From the NCBI GenBank assembly GCA_963730275.1, contig CAVSRI010000017.1:12600-76599 (forward strand): DNA of 64,000 nt, written 5' to 3'. Within the stretch, counting starts at the first letter, position 1. Every line of letters begins with the position of its first letter. This document shows positions 38,576-47,228 of this stretch, one piece after another. This DNA comes from an uncultured delta proteobacterium (GTDB lineage: Bacteria; Desulfobacterota; Syntrophia; Syntrophales; Smithellaceae). Both the position numbers and the translations under genes were made by a program. The notes beneath the pieces are model-generated. The model was not told where the DNA came from, searched no databases, and saw nothing but the letters and a program-made list of their open reading frames with translations.

Positions 38576-38612
38576 AAGGTAAACGAAGGGATGCGAATTG
38601 GAGGAGGTTTTT

Positions 38613-39326
38613 ATGGCTCTCATAGGCGTTATTTCCACCAGATTAGTTATGGAAAAAAGCGATTTATTGAAAAAAGGCAAAGCCAGACCGATGAAAAACG
38701 AATTCGGCCGGACAGAAGTATTTCTTACAGATAAAACAGCCTTGATTTTGCGCCACAGCAATGACCCTAATAATCATATTTTGCCTCATTTGATCAACCA
38801 CCGCGCCAACTTGCAAGCCCTGAAAGATACCGGCGTAACCGAAATAGTCGGCATTAATTCCACCGGCTCTTTAAAAAAGAATTTATGCCCGGGAATGATC
38901 GTTGTTCCCGATGATTTTATCACGCTTACCGCCACCCCCACCATTTATCAAAATAGCACTGTTCATATCACTCCTTTGTTAAACGAAAAAGTGCGGCAAA
39001 AAATTATCCAGGCGGCGCGAAACTGCGGAATTAATTTTGCCGATAAGGGAACTTACTGGCAAACGCAGGGTCCGCGACTGGAGACAAAAGCGGAAATCAA
39101 AATGATGACCAATTTTGCCGATATTGTCGGCATGACTATGGCTAATGAAGCGGTAATCGCTCTGGAGATGGATATGCCTTACGCGTCTGCCTGTTCCATT
39201 GATAATTTCGGTAATGGCTTGTTTACTGAACCTTTAAATATGGAAGAAATACTCGCCGGTATTAATAAAAACGCCGATTTAATGATTCGTTTGCTGGAAA
39301 GTTATTTGAAAATTTCCTATCCGTAA
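38613..39326 (+). CDS. MTAP-like purine/5'-methylthioadenosine nucleoside phosphorylase family protein
   Basis: ATG at 38613 follows GGAGGAGG (the track starts at a TTG at 38598). HLINHRANLQALKDTGVTEIVGINSTGSL and GTYWQTQGPRLETKAEIKMM..ADIVGMTMANEAVIALEMDMPYA match the MTAP/PNP family. The N-terminal GGSG phosphate loop is atypical. Confidence 0.7.
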   Translation: MALIGVISTRLVMEKSDLLKKGKARPMKNEFGRTEVFLTDKTALILRHSNDPNNHILPHLINHRANLQALKDTGVTEIVGINSTGSLKKNLCPGMIVVPDDFITLTATPTIYQNSTVHITPLLNEKVRQKIIQAARNCGINFADKGTYWQTQGPRLETKAEIKMMTNFADIVGMTMANEAVIALEMDMPYASACSIDNFGNGLFTEPLNMEEILAGINKNADLMIRLLESYLKISYP

Positions 39327-39384
39327 AAACGACTTTGAATTATCGAGCAGTAAGCTGCAAGAAGTTATATTAATACCAAGTCGT

Positions 39385-39500
39385 ATTCAAAAGGATATCG
39401 AGGCGGCAAGGAAGAGGCAACGCAGACGTATAATATCATACGTTGAGGAGCCGATGACGATGCCAACAAAGATAGCCGAATGAAGGCGGATTGGTATCAA
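39385..39500 (+). repeat. Rep-C element (diverged copy) between convergent genes
   Basis: GGCGGCAAGGAAGAGGCAACGCAG-ACGTATaatatcATACGT-TGAGGAGCCGATGACGATGCCAACAAAGATAGCCGAATGAAGGCGGATTGGTATCAAAAAGCTCCC. Central 6-bp hairpin; it ends in the AAAAAGCTCC terminal motif. Confidence 0.55.
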
Positions 39501-39931
39501 AAAGCTCCCAGCTGACACGGCTTAATCTTTATCTGCATAGCTTCGCAGGCGGCGGAAACCTTCATGCGGGGAATATTTAACTTCTCGGCAATTTCCCAGG
39601 CCGCGCTGCAGGAAAGACAACCGTTTTTCAGCGCCACTAAAATATTTTCTTTCAAAACCGGCGTGATTTCTTTGGCGGGCTGCACAATTTTTTTATGCGG
39701 GCTATAACCAAAAAGACCCAATTGACATTCGATAATATTGATATTTAAAATGTCGATAGTAATACCGATATTGTTTTGAGCTATTCCTTTTCGTCGGGCA
39801 ATTTCTTCCGCGGCCGCGCAGGAAATATCATTCCCCTCGACTTTCTGCGGAAGCTCCTGTTTTAAAGAATCATCAACTTTGGCTTTACCAGAGTGTTTTG
39901 GAAAATATTTGCCCTTATCCAAGCAGGTCAT
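39497..39931 (-). CDS. Hypothetical protein with duplicated Cys-containing module (SC.AA.EIA...I..CQLG.F)
   Basis: 144 aa with two homologous halves: ISCAAAEEIARRKGIAQNNIGITIDILNINIIECQLGLFG and LSCSAAWEIAEKLNIPRMKVSAACEAMQIKIKPCQLGAF. No family name recalled. Confidence 0.6.
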   Translation of the reverse strand: MTCLDKGKYFPKHSGKAKVDDSLKQELPQKVEGNDISCAAAEEIARRKGIAQNNIGITIDILNINIIECQLGLFGYSPHKKIVQPAKEITPVLKENILVALKNGCLSCSAAWEIAEKLNIPRMKVSAACEAMQIKIKPCQLGAF

Positions 39932-39955
39932 AATACTTTTCCCTCAATCTCGGGC

Positions 39956-40408
39956 TTATTTTGCATAAAGCGTCGGTTCGATCGCCGAAAGCTTTTCCGT
40001 GTTCAGAGTTTCAAATCCTTTTTCCTCCAGAAGCTTTTCCGTTTTTTGAATCTGGTCGACATCGACTACAAACACCGCCTTTTTAGAGCCTTCTAGAACA
40101 AAGCCATACGCATTATTAATGTTAATGCCTTCCTGAAGGAGCAATTGGGTAAGATTATCCAAACCGCCAGGTTTGTCCGGAATAAGAATCGCCAACACTT
40201 CCCGCAAATGCACGGTCATTCCTGCTTTGGCCAGAGCGGCTTCCGCGCGCTTCGGGTCGTCAACAATCAGGTTGATTACCCCAAATGTATCGGCCGTTGA
40301 TATTGTTGTAGCCCGGATATTTATTTTTTCCTTAGCCAAAACCCCGGTTACCAGAGCAAGTTTTCCGGGCTTATTTTCCGCGAAAATTGAAAGCTGATAA
40401 GCAATCAT
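39956..40408 (-). CDS. ACT-domain (tandem) amino-acid-binding protein
   Basis: 150 aa. Two ACT-like repeats (LSIFAENKPGKLALVTGVLAKEKINI; LAILIPDKPGGLDNLTQLLLQEGININ). Typical partner of anaerobic phenylacetate-CoA ligase genes. Confidence 0.75.
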   Translation of the reverse strand: MIAYQLSIFAENKPGKLALVTGVLAKEKINIRATTISTADTFGVINLIVDDPKRAEAALAKAGMTVHLREVLAILIPDKPGGLDNLTQLLLQEGININNAYGFVLEGSKKAVFVVDVDQIQKTEKLLEEKGFETLNTEKLSAIEPTLYAK

Positions 40409-40523
40409 AATTTTCTCCTTTATTTTATTTAATCAAATATCTTCACCAATTTGTTATCCAAAGTAAAACGCGGCGGTGAATGAAATCATCGCTGCCATTC
40501 TTAGTTTATTTTTGATGATGAAT

Positions 40524-40626
40524 AAAAAGCTCCAGATGCAAGGCGCGCGAGTATCGTGGAGTGAGGCCTACTTTTACGTAGGTCGCAGCGACGCGAAACG
40601 AAGCGCAACGTGGCAGATGGACTTTT
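40524..40626 (+). repeat. Rep-C element, reference copy (MITE-like, between paaK and the ACT gene)
   Basis: AAAAAGCTCCAGATGCAAGGCGCGCGAGT (40524-40552) is identical to the reverse complement of 63463-63491. Central hairpin CCTAC-ttttac-GTAGG. The right end GCAGATGGACTTTTT is an imperfect inverted copy of the left end. Outer flanks TTGATGATG (40512-40520) and CATCATCAA (40632-40640) are also inverted repeats. Confidence 0.75.
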
Positions 40627-40642
40627 TAGTGCATCATCAACA

Positions 40643-41941
40643 TTAGTCTTTGCGGTTGTCAATGACCCTTATCGCCTTTCCTTCCCCTTTGGGAATGCTA
40701 TCCGGCTCAACCAAATCAATCTTGGGCGTGACCAGAATTTCGCTTTTTAGTTCTTCGATAATTTTTTTTCTTAAGGCATCCAGTTGTTTCACCTCGCCCA
40801 CAAAATATTTTTTGTTTACCTCGACCTTCACCGTCATGTCGTCGTTGAATCCTTCGCGCTCCAGAATAATCAAAAAGTTAGTGCCGACACCCTCTATCTC
40901 CATCAGCTTCTTTTCAATTTGCATGGGATAGATATTGACCCCCTTAAGAATAAGCATGTCGTCCGTTCTTCCTTTAATGCGTTCAATACGCCGGTGGGTG
41001 CGGCCGCAGGCGCAAACTTCAGGAATAATCCGCGTCAAATCTTTGGTGCGGTAGCGAATGAGCGGCATGCCTTCCCTTTGCAGTGTGGTCATGACCAGTT
41101 CGCCTTCCATGCCGTAGGCCACTGGCTGCAGAGTGTTAGGATCAATAATTTCCACCAGAAAACTATCTTCCCATATATGCATGCCCTCCTGGTAAGGGCA
41201 TTCAAAGGCCACGCCCGGCCCGTTCATCTCGGAAAGTCCATAGGAATTAAAAGCCTTATACCCGTATATTTCTTCAATTTTTTTGCGCATTATTTCCGTG
41301 TGCGGCTCCGCGCCCAGAAAAGCTATTTTTACTTCAGTATCTTTGCGCGGATCAATTTTCAGTTCAGCAAAGACAGTGGACAAATGCAGTGCGTAACTGG
41401 GGATGATATGAACGACGGTCGTTGCGAAATCCCGCATCAGTTGAATCTGACGTTTGGAATTACCGGCTCCCGCGGGAATGACCAGCGCACCGATTTTTTC
41501 CGCGCCGTAATGAAAACCGAGGCCACCCGTAAAAAGGCCGTATGTCATCATGTTTTGAAAAACGTCTTCTTTACGCATGCCGGTCATATACATACAGCGC
41601 GCCAGAAGATTCGTCCAAACAGCAATATCGTTGGCGGTATGAAAAACGACCGTGGCTCTACCCGTAGTTCCCGAAGAAGAATGCATCCGGACGAGTTCCT
41701 CTTTCGGCACGGCGATAAAGCCATAAGGCCAGTGCTCACGTAAATCGTCTTTTGTAGTAAAAGGAAATTTTTCAATATCTTTAAGCGATTTTAGCAGATC
41801 CGCTTTTAATCTTTTTTCTTTAAATATTTTTTTGTAATAAAAAGATTTTCCAGCCCTGCCGACGGTATCTTTCAGCCGCGCCAACTGCATTTTTTCCAAC
41901 TTGGCGCGACTCAATGTCTCTACATCCTTTTCCCAATACAT
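40643..41941 (-). CDS. paaK: Phenylacetate--CoA ligase (PaaK / coenzyme F390 synthetase family)
   Basis: 432 aa. Starts MYWEKDVETLSRAKLEKMQLARLK; AMP-binding block SSGTTGRATVV; ERIKGRTDDMLILKGVNIYP. Confidence 0.85.
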   Translation of the reverse strand: MYWEKDVETLSRAKLEKMQLARLKDTVGRAGKSFYYKKIFKEKRLKADLLKSLKDIEKFPFTTKDDLREHWPYGFIAVPKEELVRMHSSSGTTGRATVVFHTANDIAVWTNLLARCMYMTGMRKEDVFQNMMTYGLFTGGLGFHYGAEKIGALVIPAGAGNSKRQIQLMRDFATTVVHIIPSYALHLSTVFAELKIDPRKDTEVKIAFLGAEPHTEIMRKKIEEIYGYKAFNSYGLSEMNGPGVAFECPYQEGMHIWEDSFLVEIIDPNTLQPVAYGMEGELVMTTLQREGMPLIRYRTKDLTRIIPEVCACGRTHRRIERIKGRTDDMLILKGVNIYPMQIEKKLMEIEGVGTNFLIILEREGFNDDMTVKVEVNKKYFVGEVKQLDALRKKIIEELKSEILVTPKIDLVEPDSIPKGEGKAIRVIDNRKD

Positions 41942-42039
41942 TTAACTCCTACAACTGCCAGTAATAAGGTTTCTACAACCCGGCCGATTTTTTATCAAGC
42001 CCAATTAAAAAATCCTGAATATTTAGTGAAGCCCCCTCC

Positions 42040-42160
42040 GGTCGCAGATGACCTTTAGGTTACAGGAGCCGGTGGCTCTCCAGAACATCGCGACCCCCCG
42101 CAAGTCACGGCGCTTTCCTCCCCCGACTGGAACCGAGGGATTCCAAATCGCGGGATGGGG
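42040..42160 (+). repeat. Composite Rep-A-like hairpin plus Rep-B element
   Basis: Stems GGTCGCAGATG and CATCGCGACC enclose ACCTTTAGGTTAC (compare GTGACCTTTAGGTTAT in copy 2). The Rep-B tail ...GAGGGATTCCAAATCGCGGGATGGGG follows. Confidence 0.6.
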
Positions 42161-42168
42161 AAACGAAT

Positions 42169-43059
42169 TTACACCTTCCGGTATCGATTCTCATCACGAA
42201 TGATTCGTCCCTGCGTCTCCAAACGCTCCAGATGCTTATTCACGAGGACGCGTTCATTAAATTCAAAAAATTCCAGAGGTTTTCGGGGTTTGCCATAAAT
42301 CAACCACGCGGCGACAATTTCTTTGAGTGTACATGGCTTTTTTAGAAACTCCAGAATTTTCTTTTCGCGTTCATAGATAATGTTTTCGTAGTTATCCCAG
42401 AGCTTCCCCGGATTTTCCTCAAATAAACCTTTTTCATGGCAGGCAATCCACTTTTTGGCCGGTATCTCTTTCAGGCGGCGGATTGATTTGATGGTTTCAT
42501 CAATACTGGAAGCGACATCGCCATACCATGGCCCGAATGCTGTCAAATCGTAATCGCCCAAAAAAAGAACCTCTTCTTCAGGGAAAAAGAAAGACAGGTG
42601 GCCGGGAGTATGCCCCGGCGTGGCAATCGCCTGAACCTTGACTTGTCCTAAATCAATTTCTTTTTCACTCCGGATAAAGCGCGCTTTAGACTGAGGTTGA
42701 AAATTGAATTCATCGGTCATTACTTTTCTCCAGTAAGCGCGGGCGCGTTCATCGGAAACGCCGTACCAATCCAGAAATATCTCAATGTCCGTCAGTGGCG
42801 GAAAATCCCGCTCGGAAATCCATAAAGGTGAGTCCCCAAAAAGATATACATAATGAAAATGGTCTTCATGCCAGTGAGAAAGCCAGACCATATCCACGCC
42901 ATCCTTATCGCGCAGGCGCGTGAGCTTTTCCCAACTGCAGGCCGGATCAATAATAACGCGCGCATCGCCGCCATCGATGAAAAGCGAATGATTATATGGA
43001 TATTTGCCGTTGTTTTCTCCGCCAATAAAACGCAGGCGGCCAAATTGACGATCTTTCAT
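42169..43059 (-). CDS. MBL-fold metallo-hydrolase
   Basis: 296 aa. HWHEDH metal-binding motif, and ATPGHTPGH. Confidence 0.8.
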   Translation of the reverse strand: MKDRQFGRLRFIGGENNGKYPYNHSLFIDGGDARVIIDPACSWEKLTRLRDKDGVDMVWLSHWHEDHFHYVYLFGDSPLWISERDFPPLTDIEIFLDWYGVSDERARAYWRKVMTDEFNFQPQSKARFIRSEKEIDLGQVKVQAIATPGHTPGHLSFFFPEEEVLFLGDYDLTAFGPWYGDVASSIDETIKSIRRLKEIPAKKWIACHEKGLFEENPGKLWDNYENIIYEREKKILEFLKKPCTLKEIVAAWLIYGKPRKPLEFFEFNERVLVNKHLERLETQGRIIRDENRYRKV

Positions 43060-43411
43060 AAAAACCTATTCAAAATTATCATTATAAAATATATGAAATT
43101 ATCCACACAATTTCCATAATTAATTACTGAAAATCTTACCAACAATTGTGCATTTGAATGACGCACATTCCGTACGCTCGAACATTAATATCGGACAAAA
43201 ATATAATGAAATCATTAACAATATTAGAGTTGACTTTAAATAATTCAGAAGTATAATTTATATAAAATTGAAGAGGAGTTAGAGTTCACTACAAAACGTC
43301 ATATTTACTGACCACCGAGTTTAATCGAAGGGGCAAAGAATATGATCCGATTCCCAGCGCAATCTCCATACAACAAACAGCAAATCATTTTGATAAAGAT
43401 AATATAATATC

Positions 43412-44839
43412 ATGCCTTGGTTCCATATTATATATTTCATTTCCATACTAATTTCAGTTGCCATGATGGGTTTTATCGCCGATTATTCCCGGCGGCATAG
43501 AGATGTAGTCGGGTCGGGCACCTATATGTGGATTGCGTTTCTAGTAAGCCTTCTGGCTCTTTTTGACGGACTAGTTATGATTGGACCAACCAGAGAATGG
43601 GCACTGATCTGGTTTAACCTGAGATTTCTATCCTTTGCCGCGATACCTGTATTATGGCTGATTTTTGTTCTGCAATATATCGGAAAATCGCACCTGATTA
43701 CAAAACGCCGAATAGCGGTGCTTTTCATCATCCCGGTTATCACGCAAGTTATGATATGGACAAACAGCATACACGGGTTGTGGGTGAAGCAAGAGGTCGG
43801 CTTTCATCAGGCGGGTTCGTTCTTTATTGTGGAAACTGCTGCCAGAATTCCCGGTCTATGGATGAAGGTTCATAATATCTTCACTTACTTCATTATGCTG
43901 GTCGGTGTGACTCTTTTGTTCGCCATGTCGATACGCCTATTTCGTCAGTACCGCGGGCAGGCCATTGCGCTCGGAACCGGAACACTAATCATGATTATTG
44001 GTTCGCTTTTCCCCGCATTTAACCTCATTCCGGGTATGGAATTCAATCCCTTACCACAAAGCTTTGCATTGGGCTCACTCATCATCGCCTGGGCCATTTA
44101 CCACTACCAACTCCTCGGCGCGGCACCCTTATTTAACAAAGAAAAACGAATCCCCATAATATTAGTCACTCTGTTTGTCCTGCTGAGCGGCTGCATACTA
44201 TCAGCAGGATATGTTTATTATCGTCACTATGAAAGTCAATTTCGCGTAGGAATAGAGAACCAACTTTCTTCTATTGCTGAACTTAAAGTAAGCGAGCTTG
44301 TTCAATGGCGCAAGGAGCGTTGGGGAGATGCTAATGTGTTATATGGCAACGCCGCCTTTTCCGCTCTTGTGCATCGATTCTTTTTAAATGCTGGTGATTC
44401 CGACGCGCAACGGCAGATTCGTATATGGCTGGAAAGATTCTATTCCGCTTACCAGTATGGCAATATTACCCTGCTGGACACAAATGGAAAAACCCGCATG
44501 TCCGTCCCTCCTAAGACCGGGCATGTCGGCGGATATTTGTTAAAACATGCGGCAGAAATCAATCGCTCGGGCAAAATTACATTTCTGGATTTCTATCGAG
44601 ATCTCCCCGATCAACCGATACATCTTTCGGTAGTTATTCCTATCATCGACAGGGTTACGAGTAACCGTTCTATTGGCCTCGTCATTTTTGGCATTGATCC
44701 GGCGGTTTATCTTTATCCTTTGATCGCCCGCTGGCCCACGCCCAGCCAGACTGCTGAGACGCTGCTTGTCCGTCGTGACGGCGATTACGCATTGTTTTTA
44801 AATGAACTAAGTTCAAAAAGAACACTGCCCTCGAATTGA
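43412..44839 (+). CDS. Sensor histidine kinase, N-terminal part (7TM input domain plus Cache-like periplasmic domain); separated from the rest by one frameshift
   Basis: 475 aa. About seven N-terminal TM helices (N-terminal 7TM histidine-kinase-type module) and an extracytoplasmic domain. It ends ...NELSSKRTLPSN*, while the next frame reads ...KKNTALELRVPLKNDIM. The switch maps to the A5 run at 44815-44819. Confidence 0.75.
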   Translation: MPWFHIIYFISILISVAMMGFIADYSRRHRDVVGSGTYMWIAFLVSLLALFDGLVMIGPTREWALIWFNLRFLSFAAIPVLWLIFVLQYIGKSHLITKRRIAVLFIIPVITQVMIWTNSIHGLWVKQEVGFHQAGSFFIVETAARIPGLWMKVHNIFTYFIMLVGVTLLFAMSIRLFRQYRGQAIALGTGTLIMIIGSLFPAFNLIPGMEFNPLPQSFALGSLIIAWAIYHYQLLGAAPLFNKEKRIPIILVTLFVLLSGCILSAGYVYYRHYESQFRVGIENQLSSIAELKVSELVQWRKERWGDANVLYGNAAFSALVHRFFLNAGDSDAQRQIRIWLERFYSAYQYGNITLLDTNGKTRMSVPPKTGHVGGYLLKHAAEINRSGKITFLDFYRDLPDQPIHLSVVIPIIDRVTSNRSIGLVIFGIDPAVYLYPLIARWPTPSQTAETLLVRRDGDYALFLNELSSKRTLPSN

Positions 44840-46647
44840 GAGTGCCGCTGAAAAATGATATCATGCCGGCCGTAATGGCAGCGCTGGGGCAGAAAGGAAT
44901 TGTGGAGGGTTTTGATTATCGTGGCATACCTGTGATCGCCGCCGTGCGCACTGTACCCAATTCGCCCTGGTTTATGGTTGCCCGCATGGATATCGCAGAA
45001 GCATACGCGCCCATAAGAGAGCGCCTGTGGCTGATGATCGCGGTGGTATGCGCACTTCTCGCTGCTGCAGGTTTGGGTGTTGGATTGCTCTGGCGGAGGC
45101 AGAGTCACCGTTTTTACCGGGAGCAGTATAAGTCCGCCGAGGCATTGCGAGCTTCAGAAACCTTCCTCGACAGCATCATCGAGCACAGCCCGCATGCCAT
45201 GTGGATATCCAATGAACGGGGGACTCTCCTTCGACTTAATCAAGCCTGTCGCGACCTCTTGAATATCACGGACGACGAAGTGGTCGGCAAGTATAATGTG
45301 CTGGAGGATAGCATCGTAGAAAAACAGGGGTTCCTGCCCCTTATCCGAAGAGTGTTCGAAAAGGGGGAAACAGCAAGATTCACTTTGCACTATGACAGCG
45401 CCGATCTTAAAAGCCTAAAACTCGAAAATACGGTGTCTTTGATTTTAGAGGTTACGATTTCACCCGTGTTGGAAGGGAAAAGGGTTACCAATGCGATCAT
45501 CCAGCATGTGGACGTAACCGAACGCAAAAAGGCGGAAGAAAATATAAAAATGCTCGTATCTCTTCAACAAGCTTTCATTGCCGCTATTCCCGATATTATT
45601 ATGGAAGTGGATACAAATAAAATTTATACCTGGGCTAATGAACCCGGTATTGGATTCTTTGGAGAAGACGTTATCGGCAAGCCGGCTGATTTTTATTTTG
45701 TGCGGGAACAAGAAACGTACGACACGGTCCAGCCTATTTTCAACGGCGATGAGGACGTTATTTATGTAGAAAGCTGGCAGAGGCGCAAAGACGGGCAAGA
45801 GAGGCTACTGGCCTGGTGGTGCCGGGTACTCAAAGACCAGCAAGGCAATGTGACCGGGGCCCTTTCATCGGCCCGCGACATCACCGACAACAAACTGGCA
45901 GAGGAAGAAATAAAAAGACTCAACGAAGAACTGGAACAGCGCGTTATAGAACGCACGAATCAGTTGGAAGCAGTAAACAAAGAATTGGAATCGTTTGCTT
46001 ATTCCGTCTCCCACGATTTGCGCGCGCCCCTGAGGAGCGTTGACGGGTTCAGTCATGCCTTGCTGGAAGATTATCAAGGTAAACTGGATGCTACAGGTAA
46101 AAGTTATCTGGAACGTATTCGCAAGGCAACGCAGCATATGGGCAACCTGATTGACGATATACTGAAGCTCTCAAGAGTCGTCCAGGCGGAATTCCATCGA
46201 GAACACATCGATTTAACAAATATGATTGATAAAATCTTCAGCGTATATAAGAAGAATAATCCAGATAGGAAAGTGAAGATGGCTATTCAGAAGGAAATTA
46301 TTATTCAGGGTGATCCCAACTTGATGCAAATTGCCCTCGCAAACTTGATGGACAACGCCTGGAAGTTTACGGGTAAACAGAAAGATCCGTCGATTGAATT
46401 CGGCGCGATACCCAAGGAAGGAGAAAATGCCTTCTTTTTACGGGACAATGGAGTCGGTTTTGATATGTCCTATGTGGACAAACTGTTTGGCGCGTTCCAG
46501 CGTCTTCATACGATGGATGAATTTCCAGGAACGGGAATAGGATTGGCAACGGTACAGCGAATCATCCATCGCCATGGAGGAAAAATCTGGGCGGAAGGAG
46601 AGGTGGGAAAAGGAGCAACATTCTTTTTCACAATTCCAGAGGGATGA
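44836..46647 (+). CDS. Sensor histidine kinase, C-terminal part (end of Cache domain, TM, 2 PAS, HisKA, HATPase_c)
   Basis: 603 aa. DYRGIPVIAAVRTVPNSPWFMVARMD (Cache end), a TM helix, PAS repeats, H-box FAYSVSHDLRAPLRSV, and ATPase blocks DNAWKF, RDNGVGFD, GTGIGLATVQRI. Confidence 0.85.
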   Translation: MRVPLKNDIMPAVMAALGQKGIVEGFDYRGIPVIAAVRTVPNSPWFMVARMDIAEAYAPIRERLWLMIAVVCALLAAAGLGVGLLWRRQSHRFYREQYKSAEALRASETFLDSIIEHSPHAMWISNERGTLLRLNQACRDLLNITDDEVVGKYNVLEDSIVEKQGFLPLIRRVFEKGETARFTLHYDSADLKSLKLENTVSLILEVTISPVLEGKRVTNAIIQHVDVTERKKAEENIKMLVSLQQAFIAAIPDIIMEVDTNKIYTWANEPGIGFFGEDVIGKPADFYFVREQETYDTVQPIFNGDEDVIYVESWQRRKDGQERLLAWWCRVLKDQQGNVTGALSSARDITDNKLAEEEIKRLNEELEQRVIERTNQLEAVNKELESFAYSVSHDLRAPLRSVDGFSHALLEDYQGKLDATGKSYLERIRKATQHMGNLIDDILKLSRVVQAEFHREHIDLTNMIDKIFSVYKKNNPDRKVKMAIQKEIIIQGDPNLMQIALANLMDNAWKFTGKQKDPSIEFGAIPKEGENAFFLRDNGVGFDMSYVDKLFGAFQRLHTMDEFPGTGIGLATVQRIIHRHGGKIWAEGEVGKGATFFFTIPEG

Positions 46648-46714
46648 TTCCAATGATTATTAAATCGTAGTAATCGTTCTTCCTGATCACTGTAATCATG
46701 CAAGGAGGGGAATA

Positions 46715-47158
46715 ATGAATACTAAAACTATTTTGCTGGTGGAGGATAATCCTGATGATGTCGAATTGACTCTGCGGGCATTCAAGAAAAATAATATCTC
46801 CAATAAGGTGGTTGTGGCTAAAGACGGCGTGGAAGCATTAGATTACCTGTTTGGAAAGGGGACGTATGCGGGACGGGATGCCAAGGACATGCCCGTAGTT
46901 ACCCTGCTGGATCTGAAACTCCCCAAAATTGACGGCATGGAAGTACTGAAAACCATCCGCCAAAATGAGTCCACCAAACTACTGCCCGTGGTCATCCTTA
47001 CATCTTCGACAGAAGAGCAGGATTTGGTCAATGGGTATAAACTGGGCGCCAACAGCTATGTCCGTAAACCGGTGGATTTTAAAGATTTCGTGGAAGCTAT
47101 CAAATTGCTAGGTCTGTACTGGTTGATCTGGAATGAACCGCCACCGGTGGGAAAGTAA
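46715..47158 (+). CDS. Single-domain response regulator (CheY-like receiver)
   Basis: 147 aa. ILLVEDNPDDVEL, the acceptor region LLDLKLPKIDG, and VVILTSS...YVRKP. AAGGAGGGG RBS. Confidence 0.9.
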   Translation: MNTKTILLVEDNPDDVELTLRAFKKNNISNKVVVAKDGVEALDYLFGKGTYAGRDAKDMPVVTLLDLKLPKIDGMEVLKTIRQNESTKLLPVVILTSSTEEQDLVNGYKLGANSYVRKPVDFKDFVEAIKLLGLYWLIWNEPPPVGK

Positions 47159-47228
47159 TTCGTGAAGCGTTAAGTGCGAACTACGAAAAACGAGATACAC
47201 TTCACATGATACGCAAAAAGAGATTTAT

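Noticed and set aside
38339-38612. Structured 270-nt leader of the MTAP-like gene as a SAM/SAH/MTA-type riboswitch.
   Set aside because: It does not match the SAM-I, SAM-II or SAH consensus features I can recall. Most of it aligns to the Rep-C repeat family instead.
40784-41743. 319-aa plus-strand ORF antisense to paaK. Similar long antisense ORFs occur at 32868-33479 (recN), 49143-49709 (HD-GYP gene), 25458-25979 and 26416-26889 (kdpB).
   Set aside because: The opposite strand carries clear family motifs in every case. The antisense translations are low-complexity and lack start contexts.
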